Below are positions 39,466 through 51,902 of a stretch of DNA of 64,000 bases, piece after piece. Below the pieces are notes generated by a model. The model was not told the DNA's origin. It searched no databases and worked only from the letters and a program-made list of their open reading frames with translations. The translations under genes were made by a program, and so were the position numbers. Positions within the stretch are counted from its first letter, which is position 1. Each line of letters starts with the position of its first letter. The stretch covers positions 7,936,001-8,000,000 of the forward strand of contig JAQFVV010000007.1 of the NCBI GenBank assembly GCA_028023455.1. Direction: 5' to 3'. Origin of the DNA: Epiperipatus broadwayi (taxonomy: Eukaryota; Animalia; Onychophora).

Positions 39466-40469
39466 TAATTACTGTACAAATGAAACAAAAGAATAGTTTG
39501 TATTAGGTTTACATACTTTCTGTATCAATTAGTTTTTGTCTTAATATAATGCCTTAAAATCATCATCAGTACTACAATACTTATTAATTCATATTGACAG
39601 GTAATGGACATTTTGTTTTATGATGAAATAATATAACAGGCATAGATGTGCCACATTTTTGATTATTGTAATTTTTTCAGCTTTAAAATATTTATTTAAT
39701 TAATATGTATGAGGGGGAAAGGAATGTTTTAAAATTAATGCAATATGATAAATATTTAATTTATAATTAATAATATATATATTCCAATAAATAATGTTAG
39801 CATCCAACTGCTACAACTCACTTATTTTGTTGGGTTTTTTATTTTTATTTTGTAACAGCCTCTATGTAGTAATTTTAATTGGTGTAGCCTTGTAGATAGA
39901 TGAACTTCTTCTATTTAACTTTTAAAGCATTAATTATTTAATATTTATGTATATAATAGCATTTTCATGAACTTAAATTGACACCTGGCATTCATAATAA
40001 ATAAATAAAATTAGAATTTTACTTAATATCTATATTGCAATATTTTTATTAATTAAATAAAGTTTTAATTAATATATGACCCAATCCTCTTCAAATTAAT
40101 GACATTCTCTATATCTTTCAAATTAGTAAACTAATAACTCATAAATGTCAAAACTTGTTATTTCTTGAATTTCTTCAATTTTAAACATTTTTATATTTAT
40201 TTCAGAGCACATATTTAGAGTTGAAGTTTTGGTTACCTTTCAAGATTGGCAACGATAAGACATTAATGAAATAGAATATAAATAGCCTGTGTCCAGTTAT
40301 ATTTCTTCTACATATTACAAGTTAGTGTTTTTGTAAGATATTGGTTGTTTTTTATTTATTTTTTATGGTATCATTTGTATATTTATGATAATTTAGATGT
40401 TTCACAAATTTTTTTTATTAATTAAACATTTTCCAAATTCACCACTTTTTTTATTTTGCTGTAATATCT

Positions 40470-40902
40470 TATATAAATGCAATTCATCCACTCTATTTTG
40501 AATACTTTTTAGCAAAATCTTTTATTGTACATATAAGTGTTCATAATCTTACATTTTGACTGTCCTGAAGTCTTCTATAGAGCCAATTGAATAAATTACT
40601 AATTACAATTCATCCACTATGCTTTGAACACCTTTTAGCAAAACCCCTTATTATACATATATGCATACACAATCTTACATTTTAACTGTCATGCACAGTC
40701 TTCTTCAGAGCCACTGTTACTTTAATATTTTAAAGTATAATGTTTTAAAAGTACTTTAAAACATTAAAGTAACAGTGGCTCTGAAGAAGACTGCAGGACA
40801 GTTGAAACATAAGGTTGTGTATGCATATATGTGCAATAAGTGGTTTTGCTAAAAAGTGTTCAATGTATAATGGATGAATTGTAATTAGTAATTTAATCAA
40901 TT
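40470..40902. mobile_element. Palindromic element of ~126-bp hammerhead-bearing units (2 left, 1 right)
   Basis: ATTCATCCA at 40482 and 40608 gives a 126-bp period; centre palindrome around AGTACT at ~40750-40755; right arm inverted. Confidence 0.8.
40775..40816 (+). ncRNA. Type I hammerhead motif
   Basis: GGCT-CTGAAGA-A-GACTG(cagga)CAGTT-GAAA-CA-TA-AG; core intact but stem I only ~2 firm bp; the left-arm copies read AAAATGTA (CpG-decay pattern of CGAAACGTA). Confidence 0.55.
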
Positions 40903-40944
40903 ATGGAACAATGGTTAATGAAAATCTAGTGCTATATGTTTGGA

Positions 40945-41045
40945 TAAGTGGCAGGGTGACAGATTTTGAAGCACAAGGTGATTGGATCTCCGGCTCATTA
41001 CCCCTTTTGATACTCAAACTCCTTATGAACTTCCAAACAATAAAT
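40945..41045 (+). mobile_element. SINE family B copy
   Basis: Core TACTCAAACTCCTTATGAACTTCCAAACAATAAA at ~41011-41044. Confidence 0.5.
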
Positions 41046-41754
41046 CATTCATTTACATATCTATAATAAATCCATCAAACATTGTACAAATGTTCTCTTT
41101 AAAAAAAAACAACTAAAAAATGTATTGCTTGTTAGTTCATGTAGGAGTGTTGAAACTGGAAGAGCTGGGCTCCTATTCCTGGACTGATCCCCAAAGTGTG
41201 CCAGTTTATCATTGCATTTGACAGACTTGCTGGAGGCAAAAAATGCTGCACTTTAAATTATGTCACTTAGATATTTTTCTTTGGCGTATTAAAAATATTG
41301 TAAACATAAAAACATCATTGTTTATAACAAAAATAAAAAACACCATTATCCACAGGTATGCATTTTTCTACCATGCTTATGACCGGGTTCAAATTTCTGT
41401 TGAGTAAAATTTGAAAATATGTTTACAGATTTTAATCAGGTTTAGGATTTTTTCAGGTAGTCAGTCCCACATCCAGTTGGGCTAACCATCTAATATTAGT
41501 TGGAAAAAGAAAACGCAGCTAGTCTTAGATAATAGTAAAACAAGAACGCGGATGACTTCAATATTTCCCTATGAACTATCGGAGGGCTATTTAAAGGATG
41601 TATCGGCATCTAAGATCAAACGAATAGTTTAGGCAGATCTTTCGAAAACTAAAATAATTTAATTTCTAAATACCATAAAATTAATAACGGTTAAGCGACA
41701 TTTATATACCAACCGCCAGTTTGAGTACAATAGGTCGGTTACAAAAACATAATC

Positions 41755-41875
41755 GAATACTTTATTGCTACTCAAAAAAATTTCGAGCACCAGAAACAGC
41801 AGTGTTGTGCCACGATCCATGAATTTTGAATTCCGGACTGTGCCACATTACTACTATACCAACCCATAAGGCAGC
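41755..41875 (-). mobile_element. SINE family B copy
   Basis: Minus strand: GGTTGGTATAGTAG head ... GGTGCTCGAAA...GCAATAAA. Confidence 0.45.
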
Positions 41876-42719
41876 CGTTTCATTCGCCTGATCAAAATAA
41901 GATTTTTTTTTAAAAACTCAATTGATATCTTTTCAATGACCCTCCGGTCTAAAGTCAAGCTGTTACCAGCATCCAGTGCGCGTGGTTTTAATAAATTAGA
42001 AATAGTTTTTAGAAAGAGTTACAATTTGCGGTTAATAATTAACATTCAGATTATTTTATATATATACTTTTTTTTCTATCGTGTTTTGATGATCAAATAA
42101 TAAGCAACAATAGAAAAACTTTCTTAACATTTTTTTTTTTTTTTATAAAAAAAAAAAAACTCTTTAGCTCTACAAACTCTGAAATATTTTTTTAGGTTGA
42201 TGGATTCCTTAACGGTTGATGATTTTCATCTCTCTCCCTCTCTCTCTCTCTTTTATTAATTCTCTCAGGCCAATAGATCTCTGAATGCCTTTATATCTTG
42301 TTTTCAATCATACCTGTGTTCAGGTGCCTGTCATAACCAGCAGGTTTCAGGAAATTAAGATTTCCCCCCCCCTATAGGTGATGATCGAAACTGAGGTTTT
42401 ATTTCTGGATTTAGCAAACAACAACTAGGTTATTTTTACTGGTAGATTATGAGAAATTCTATTTCTTTTTTATAAATTTTCATAAAAGATGAACTGTGAT
42501 AGTACTGGGATGACAAATAAAAAATCCGATAAAAAAAAAAATCAGATAATTATGTCAAAAACTTATATATATAATTCAATGTTATTAATAGATTTTAATG
42601 TTATTAATAGATTAGCATATGTCTGGTACATTTTTTTTTCTTTATTTTAAAAAGTAGGCCTTTTCATTTATATATATCACTATCATTATTCGTCATATTT
42701 GAACATAATAAATTCATTG

Positions 42720-43700
42720 CAAAATTAACTAGATCCAGTTCCTCATCAACAACCTCTCTTTCCCACATCACAATAACAAGCTTTCTTATAGCATCTATCC
42801 ATCTCATATCTGGTGTTATTCAAAGTCTTTTATAATGCTTTGGGATCCAGTTTAAGACTTCGGCTATGAATCTATTTTCATTTCTTCTAGCAGTATGTTT
42901 AACTCAACTTAAATCATATATCACATGACTTAATTTACTAAACTTGCATTACATATGTTATGTAATGAGCATGTCAATTAGCCCAATAGCTCTTAACAAA
43001 CCGGTCTGAGGCTAGGGATATTTTGAAAAGCTTGTTAAGAGCTACTGACACATTCATTATATAACCCAATTTCATTTCAGTTTCCTCATTTTTTCAACGA
43101 TGTCAATGCTATATGTTTTTTATCTTGTCTAAGTATTTAGTTTCTAATTTCTTCTCGTTATTTCTAATATGTGCTCCTGGATAGTCTGTAATCTCTGAAT
43201 TTTTTTTTTGTTAAATGTCCATGTCTCAGATCCATAGATAAAACTAGTAAAACCAATCTATTAAAAAAACCTACCTTTTCAATCACATAGGCATGTTTTA
43301 CATTTTAGTATTAAACTATTTTACTTCAAATTTAATTCTATGATTAATTTCATCCTTTATGTTTCTATCTCTATTAATAATATGACCAAGGTATTTGCAG
43401 TATTAACTTCTCTTAATTCATGGTAATCAGTCTTTATTATCATCTTCTGATCTTTATTTATCATCTTCCGATAAAATCTATTAAACATTACTTTAGTCTT
43501 TTTAATATTTATCTTTAGTTCTATTTTTTTATTTTCAGTTGATAAATCAAATCTTGCAATATTTCATATTATAAATTAAAAATGTCATTCCCCTTTTATT
43601 AAAAAAAAGGAGGGCAAATAGATACTTTGATATATGCATCTTTTAATACTATTCATCAATGAAGCAGCAAAAATATGCTATTGATAAGAGATGTACTTTA
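42720..43700 (-). mobile_element. Decayed RTE-clade LINE (RT C-terminus to 3' end) interrupted by a palindromic insertion
   Basis: Minus-strand KINIKKTKVMFN, YLGHII, IKDEINHRIK and SETWT remnants; 3' part matches the 29-kb copy. Confidence 0.7.
42910..43064 (-). mobile_element. Palindromic insertion related to 22234-22416
   Basis: Left part is the reverse complement of 22320-22405; GCTCTTAACAA / TTGTTAAGAGC arms. Confidence 0.65.
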
Positions 43701-43924
43701 AATGCTATCAAATTTTAATGTTAAAAAATGTGTCTATAATGTTGGCTATTTTATATAAAAATTGAAGCAGACAACATCAAAAAATTATTTAATACATCAG
43801 TCTAGCTTTTGTTCCTTATTGAAATCTTATCAAGACGTTTCTTTTTATAAAATTATGAGGCTAACTACTCTATAGTAACTCTACCTAATGGAAATTATTT
43901 ACATTACATTACAATAAATATAAT

Positions 43925-44531
43925 TATCTGAAGTAGAAACTTTTCTTAGACAAATGTAATTTGACTTTCAAATGCTTGAACGTCATGATAAGGAAAGCTT
44001 AGAATTTATGTGTTTTAGTTTAAGCGTAGCACTTTCAAAACATATTTATGGTCCCACATTGATAGGAGACTGTTGAGTAGGAGGGTGATTATAAATATAA
44101 GTTTATTTACATTTATTTAAATGTATGCAGCTAGTTAAGAAGCTCACATTTTTGAGAAGGAAAAGAGGATTTCTTTTTATTTATGGAGTTGGAATTGTTA
44201 GCTATATTTCATTCCTTCTTGATCTTGTGCTCAACATCACTTCTCTTGATGCATGCAAAATCAAGGATGTATGGTATATAGCCAACAATTCCAACTTCCT
44301 AAAAAAGGAATCCTGTTTCCCTGTCTCATAAAAGTGGACTATCTAACTTGCTATATACATATGAATAAATTTAAATAAACTTATATCATATTTATACCTA
44401 CCCTCCTACTCAACAGTCTATCCCATGAATAAGAGACATAAATAGGTTTCAAAAGTCCTAAGTTTAATCTAAAACATGTAAATTCTACATTTTTCTTATC
44501 ATAGCATCCAAGGGCTTAAAAGACAAATTAT
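43925..44531 (-). mobile_element. Long diverged palindromic insertion with tail and TSD
   Basis: Arms ~43957-44225 / ~44260-44530; 32-bp unpaired tail 43925-43956; direct repeat AATAAATATAAT at 43913-43924 and 44532-44543. Confidence 0.75.
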
Positions 44532-46121
44532 AATAAATATAATAATATATGTATATAGTTATACATAATCATGCTTTTATTATATGGACAGCCATTCCTG
44601 ATTTTACATTTCCTATGTAAATTTACAGGCTAAATTTGACAGAAGAATAAAAGACTGAAGATTTAAAATTTTGGGACTGATCTTAGCCAAATGAAATAAA
44701 TCAAAATCTATTGGTCAAGTAAATGATAGTTCCATACTCAATGTTCTACATAGTATGCTCAAATATCACATGATCTCACAACTAAATAACAATATGTTTA
44801 TTTTATTTATAATGAAACTTATAGATTAGATTAAAGCAATGAATAATAATGTGTCTGGTCAAGAATAAAATGGTTTGTTTATTCTTAATTATAATTTTTT
44901 TGAACATATTTCTACTTATAGTGATCTGAGTCAGAACACCTTTTCTGGATTATAACATGACTCATGGTGATAACTAATCTCAGTGGCCATCTTTACTTAA
45001 TCTTACTAATAAAGAGATTATTTCAAAATTCAAATTCTGGCATCTGGAACCAAAATACCTAGATTTCCTTATTAAAATCAATTTGGAAACTCTGCTCACT
45101 AGCCATTTTTTACCAGGTTACCTGTTCTTCTTGTCTATAGAAATATTATTAAGTCAATCACCAGATAATGTGCTTCATCAATTGACACTCTCATTGACAT
45201 TATCAAACATAGTCTCTTTCCCTCAGTTAGAATCATTATATTCAATATGTTTACTCTTTGGTTCTTGAGATACTATTTTTGTTTTAGTCCCATATTCAGT
45301 AAATTGCAGTCTATATTTTATAATGATACTTTAAATCAGAAAGAGAGATATGACTTTAGCCTTTCAGATATTGTACATGCCATATGGAGCCTTGTTTTTC
45401 TTCCTTTCTCTCTATAAACAGCTATGTATTAAATGTATTTTTTTATATTAATGCATGTAAACAATTTTATATGCCTGTATTATCTAAAAAATATATATTA
45501 TCTAAATTTTTTTTTATGTAAAATATATAATCTTTCAATATACTCAATAAAAAAAAAAGTAAAAAGAATTTAAAACGGATCCAGTTACCAATTAATAATT
45601 TTGTAAAATACCTTGGACAGTGTAAATGACATGTAGTTCAGTTTGTTATCGAAGAATGGTAACATAGGTTAGACTATCTGGGTTTGAGGCCCAATTAAGT
45701 GACTAAAATAAATACTACTATTGGTTAGTTGCACACACATCCATACAACACATGAACTCCCAAGTGGCATGATATGCACAGTAATTTCATTGTAAATGAT
45801 CAAATTAATTTTATGTACTTTACTCAACAAGAAAATGATCATAAATTCTTTAAAAGTCATCATTTTGTATTACTTTTGTAATTTAATGTAGTAGCATATT
45901 CACTGAAGTCAAAAACAAATTAACACTCGTTTTCAGAAGAAATGGCATGAATTTTTGATTTGTAAAAAAAAAAAATATCTAAACCAAAAGATTTTATAAT
46001 TATGTATGAATGCTCATTATTAATATATTTGTAAAATAATTTTCACCCAAATCAATTTTAGTTATACTATTTATAATGTAAGATGTAAAAATTTACATTA
46101 CATAACTAAATAATATCATTA

Positions 46122-46235
46122 TCTGTATAGTTTAGTACAGTAGTGGAGTAGGTAGGTTCTGGAATTCAAGTTTCATGACCCAGTGATGCCATTTCCGGTG
46201 CTCAAACTTCTTATAAGCTCCCAAATAATAAATTA
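46122..46235 (+). mobile_element. SINE family B copy
   Basis: Head TTTAGTACAGTAGTGGAG...GTTCTGG (also at 23365-23410, minus strand); core GGTGCTCAAACTTCTTATAAGCTCCCAAATAATAAA. Confidence 0.6.
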
Positions 46236-47647
46236 TGTGCTTGATAAACAAATTTCAGTGTTACATTTAATTATTTGTAATTTTTTAAAAACAAAAGAAA
46301 GCAAAAAGTATAATCATTAGTATTAGCATATATTAAACTCTACAAAGATAAAAATTATTTTTAAATAAAATTTCTAATCTTGAAAATTAATGTGAAAATT
46401 GTTCAAAATAAATCTGCCACTTGAAAAATAAACCATCTGCCCTCTCTGAGGTTATGAGTATATATCAATAATTGCTTTTATAATATTTTTGGTATTTGGT
46501 GACCATAAGATATTGTAAATAAAGAATTATAAAAGAAAATAATGCAAAAATATATTCAACTGAAGATCAGAGGATAGGAGGTAGTAATATATGAACAACA
46601 ATAAGGATGACAGAGTCTAGTTGGAATACCATATAGAGGCTGAAGTAAAAGTAACTCTAAAATAATTGACAAAAGAACTGCAAATAAAAAAAGATTAGCA
46701 ATTTTAAATATTATGAAGCAAGATTAAACAACTGGCCAAAAATATAATAGAGCAAACAAAAATTGTAGACCAACACTTCCCATGTGAAGAGACAATAATT
46801 AATACAAAAAAATGTCATCCATGAATTCAGTCTAGTAATAAAAATATATGTATGTGAAAGATTATGAGAGTTAAGAAGGATAAAATAAACTTCAGAAGAG
46901 TCATTTATATCAGAAAGATATCTAATCAAGATCAACTGTGTGACAATCTTTTTTTCATGACAAAAACAGCAAAATATTCACCCAACTGATTGATCATCTA
47001 TCCAAACATCAAGCTGCACACTGTAATTCCTGTAGTATCAAATTAAAAGCAAAAAGGATAAAAACATGATATTAGTATAAAATGATATTCAGTTATGAGG
47101 AAAATTTTAAAAAAGATGCCAAAAATGTATGCTATGAAAATGCAAACATGTAATTTATACCTAATTAACCAAGTGACTTAAATCAGATCCTTCAGTATGA
47201 GGAACAAATGTAAGTCATGAAATCTCAAAATATATGATAGTTATTTTATTTCAAGAGAAATGAAGTTGAAAGAATTAGAAGTGGAATGAGAAATATTAGG
47301 CTAATGGTGAAGATTTATCACAAGTTTGATGTAAAGAGAGTCAAAAAACTGGAGCAAAAATCTAACAGTAAAATGATAAAAATAATATGACAAGATATAT
47401 GAAAAAAAATTAAATAGTTAGTCAGAGGGTCATGTGATGTTTGAACAGCAAAAAATAGAAATTGACCTTCAACCAGTATCCTTTATCTTTCCAATATTCT
47501 ATTGTTGTGCCAAGCCATAATGAGCATAAAGCATATTAATAATATATAGTAATTAGAATCATAAAGGTTAATTAGCAGTGTGTATTAAAAATCAGATAAC
47601 TTTAAAATTAAATTATTTAAAATTAAATAAAAAATAATAATTAAATG

Positions 47648-47765
47648 GCTTTATTGTTCTGGAATTCATAAGAAGTTTGTGCACTGGAAGGGTCAGATCT
47701 GGATTTAATTCAAGGATCTTACACTCAGAGTCTTACACTCTACTACCACATTAAACCATGCAGGC
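47648..47765 (-). mobile_element. SINE family B copy
   Basis: Minus-strand core GTGCACAAACTTCTTATGAATTCCAGAACAATAAA. Confidence 0.55.
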
Positions 47766-48129
47766 GGCTATTACAAAGTCATTTGAATTTATGAACTGAT
47801 AGCAATCACTTCAATGCAAAATATATACTCAAAAATTAGCTGCTAGCCATAAACCCCATTTTAAATATGAAGACAATATACTTTGAAGATAAGCATGTAA
47901 TTGGTAGTCTACAGCAATTACCAATGTAATAAAAAAACAATAAGATATAATAACAAAAAGAAAAATAAATAAATAAAATTAAAAGAGCTGTCAGTGCATT
48001 GCATAAAAAAGTGACAGATTCTCTTCCCAAGCCACCTTAAGCTTAAACTCTAAATCAATTTGTGGGCTGTAAAGTAACATAATTTACTTACTTACTCAGC
48101 ATAAATATTTTAAGGCATTACCACATTTG

Positions 48130-48290
48130 AATAATGAGTGTCAACATGAACAATGCTTTCTCTGCCATTACAAATTTTGCAAACCATTTACAAACATTTT
48201 TGCATTTCATGAAGTCATGTCCAGATTTGGTCTGAAACATTTCAAATATTTCAGTAGCAGTTTTGCATAAGTATGTTATTCCATCATGGG
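48130..48290 (-). pseudogene. mariner transposase N-terminal HTH remnant
   Basis: KTATEIFEMFQTKSGHDFMKCKNVCKWFAKF resembles the mariner K.ATE.FEML...YG..M....V..WF.RF pattern. Confidence 0.6.
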
Positions 48291-48315
48291 TTATGGTACA
48301 AACTTACTATCATTG

Positions 48316-48618
48316 TTTTCCTGAAGGTGTATGATGATGGTGTTTTAAATGTATTTATATATTGGACTATTTCCATCATCTAATATGAGCATTAAATGTC
48401 TTTAGAAAAAATTAACTTTATATTCCAAATACATTCAACTGTTAGTAATAGCACACAGGTTAGTATATGCACAATGTTTTGAGAGGTATTATTATTCCCT
48501 CTTTTTCAGGCATTACTGGCCTGACCAGTGACAATACTAGCATGAGAACTGAACCTGGACCCTTAGATTGTTGAAATATTGCCTTTTAAGGTAATGCTCT
48601 AACAAACTGAGCCATTAG
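48316..48618 (-). mobile_element. tRNA-headed SINE with hammerhead motif, monomeric copy
   Basis: Homologous to the arms of the 50.2-50.9 kb palindrome, including the 3' tail; hammerhead remnant at 48468-48514 (CTGAAAA, core mutated). Confidence 0.8.
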
Positions 48619-49002
48619 ATGATGTAAATCATCCAATATATAAATAGAAACTTACTATCACATTTTGTATTTTGAATTTTGAAATAGACAAGCTAATACC
48701 ACACAGGTTTTAAAGAAAATAGATTACCTATTCACTACTTAACACATACATTTATCAGAGATTGTGTTAAAGGTGTCTAGGATATGCAATAACAAGTCAT
48801 GTTACTGTACGTTATGTTTATGTAATCATAGATAAATAAAATTAAAATAGCTTTGAATACAGTTAGTAGGTTATTGATTATATTTGAAAGAAATATTTTA
48901 TTATGCTTGAAATAAAATGTTTTTAATCCATACAACCTGTTAGTTATGATTTATAGTCATAAAACATGGACTTGAAATTTTAAAATAATGTATAGTTTAA
49001 GA

Positions 49003-49333
49003 CAGGGGTCCCCAACCTTTTTGCACATAAGAGCACATTCTATAATACTGGCCAGGTGGCGGGCACCATTTATTTGGTATTTTTCAATCAAGTGGTGGGC
49101 AGCATTTATTTTTTCAATGTAAATTTATAGTTGGATATTGTTAATAATACACATAATGTATAAAAAAATATTTATTTCAAAAATAAAATTTTAACATTTG
49201 ATTACAATATAATACAATAATTTACAAGAAATTTTAAAAATTAAATTTATTTGTATCAGATAAATAATTTTTTATTGTGTTCAGATAGTGGCGGGCACCA
49301 TGGTGCCCGCAGGCATAGGGTTGGGGACCCCTG
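49003..49333. mobile_element. hAT-superfamily MITE
   Basis: 15-bp TIR CAGGGGTCCCCAACC / GGTTGGGGACCCCTG; 8-bp TSD GTTTAAGA (48995-49002, 49334-49341); subterminal GTGGCGGGCACCA repeats. Confidence 0.93.
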
Positions 49334-50178
49334 GTTTAAGATAATAAGAAAATATGATATATATATAATGGATTCAATCATAAAATTAGTACCATTTAAT
49401 ATAATATAAAAATTTAACAACAAAGAAAAATAATCATGTGTACATATCAGGAAAAAGTAACAATAAATAACCTATAGACTATTTGGATGCAAGAAAAAGA
49501 GATAATGAGGTAAAATAGCCAGACAAAAAATTGTCTTATTTTGGTCACTTTGTAAAATGATGTAATTCATTAAAAAATAGGAGATTCACAAAAAGAAAGG
49601 CAGTGAATGGAGAAAAAAAATAGAAATAATGAAATGAATGGATGTCAACATTGCACCAATAAATGTGATATTGAAAAGCTTTAAAAAAATGAAGAAATTC
49701 TAAATTATTCTCAAACATGTGGTTCATAGAATTGTCAGTAATAATGTTGTCTAGCTGCAAACTAACAACAACAATAAAATTAAAAAGTTTACTACAGCAA
49801 CATGAACGCTTCTATAAAAAAGATTAGATACTCAGGATGTCAACAAAAGATGACAGATATGAGCTTCACTTGATAAGCCATTTAACATTCAAATTCATTT
49901 ACCACATCACTAAAGAGCACAGATAAACTTTGAAGACAGCACTTAGGAGTTCAGATTATCCATACGAATAAGATACTGAACAACAAAAAGTGCTGACATA
50001 AATTTACCCCCTCCTATGCAACCATTCAATACATTAAAGAAATGATTCAAAGAGAAAAATAAATAGGTTTTCTATATAGCCAATAATACAAATGCTATCA
50101 ACCATAGCAACTCATCTTTGCCTCTCTTAAAAAATGGACTAAGCCATATTTAATTATAGAAATAACAAGCTTCTCTAT

Positions 50179-50891
50179 TTGTATTTTTATATTGGATTAT
50201 TTCCATGAAAATGTCTTTAGAAAAAATTAACTTTATTTAAATATTCCAAATACATTCAACTGTTAGTAATAGCATATCAAACAGGTTAAAATATGCACAA
50301 CATTTTGAGAGGTATTATTCTCCCCTCTTCTTCAGGTGTTGGTGGCCTGACCAATGACAATACTAGCATGGGATTTGAACCTGGACCCTTAGATTCTTGA
50401 GTATTGAGTTTTAATGTAACACTCTAACCAACTGAGCCATCCTACCAAAGGTAACAATCAATAAAAATTTCATATACTTATCTATGAGGTTCCTCCTGAT
50501 TTCTCCACTTTTTTCTAAGAGCAATCAGGAGGAACCTCATAGATAAATATATAAAATTTCTACTAACAGCTGCCTTTGGCAGGATGGCTCAGTTGGTTAT
50601 AGCATTACATTAAATTTCAATACTCAAGAATCTAAGGGTCCAGGTTTGAATCCCATGCTAGTGCTATCATTCGTCAGGCCAGCAACACCTGAAGAAGAGG
50701 GGAGAAAATACCTTTTCAAACATTGTGCATATGCTAACCTATTTGATATGTATTACTAACAGTTGAATGTATTTGGAATATTTAAATAAAAGTTAATTTT
50801 TTCTAAAGACATTCAATACTCATGATTAGATGATGAAAATAGTCCAACATAAAAATCCAACTAGAACACTATCATCACAAATCTTTAGGAA
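50179..50891 (+). mobile_element. Head-to-head dimer of a tRNA-headed, hammerhead-bearing SINE
   Basis: TSD AACAAGCTTCTCTAT (50164-50178, 50892-50906); arms 50179-~50500 / ~50523-50860; 31-bp tail; A box TGGCTCAGTTGG (50585), B box GGTTTGAATCC (50643); hammerhead motifs at 50684-50730 (+) and 50294-50340 (-). Confidence 0.9.
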
Positions 50892-50950
50892 AACAAGCTT
50901 CTCTATAGTTGTGTATAAGCACACTTATTGCATTTAGTACATTCTGTATA

Positions 50951-51129
50951 TAAATAAGTCAATTATTTTATATAGCGTGATGTTTTTTATAAACTATAAT
51001 ATTTAAACAGCATTAAACTGTTTCACATGTGCTTTGGATTTTAAATATAAAATGAATGAATACTAACACTTCAACCACATGACAAAATCCAAAGCACATG
51101 TGCAACAGTTTAATGATGTTTAAATATTA
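50951..51129 (-). mobile_element. Short palindromic insertion with tail and TSD
   Basis: TSD TACATTCTGTATA (50938-50950, 51130-51142); ~48-bp arms 50995-51042 / 51084-51131; 44-bp unpaired tail. Confidence 0.75.
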
Positions 51130-51814
51130 TACATTCTGTATAGAAAAAGTATAAACAGTTAATGTCATAACATAGCTTTTAGTAATTAAAATTGGACAGT
51201 TTATTTCTGGATTCACTACTAACTCAAACACTATAAATTTGAAAATTTCTATTATTCAGACCAATTTTGAAAAGTATTGTTTTGATTTATTGTTTTAATT
51301 ATGCCTGCATAAAAATTGTGTGCTGATGAAAATATAAAATTCAAACAGAAATAAAACACCTCTAAGCACTGTGGATAAATCCATCTATAACCTGCTTAGC
51401 ATCAGAACTTTATGTAAGAATTGACCATAATGATCATCATCAATTTGTAACCCATATTTTGATTTACAATCAATTATTCTGTATAACAATCGCAATAAAA
51501 CTTCCAATTTGTTTTTTAAAAACATCATTGGCAAAATGGCAGCTATTTTGTAATATTGATGACAGCATAAAATAATAACCTCATAGTATCTGTTATAAAA
51601 ATGACAACACTCATGCTAAATATAATAGTATAGAGTTTATTCGTTATACACAGTGCAATATGCAATATTGCAGTATACAGTATTTTGATTATAAAATTAA
51701 AATACAATTATTTAATTTTTATCCCAAATCCTTGCAAAATAATTGATACATTCATTAATGACATATCCAAAGTAAAGATTTTCATTATTATTGATTTAAT
51801 GTCCAACATACAGG

Positions 51815-51815
<1 letters not shown>

Positions 51816-51900
<85 letters not shown>
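51816..51900. repeat. (TA)n microsatellite, ~42 units
   Basis: Uninterrupted TA run. Confidence 0.98.
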
Positions 51901-51902
<2 letters not shown>

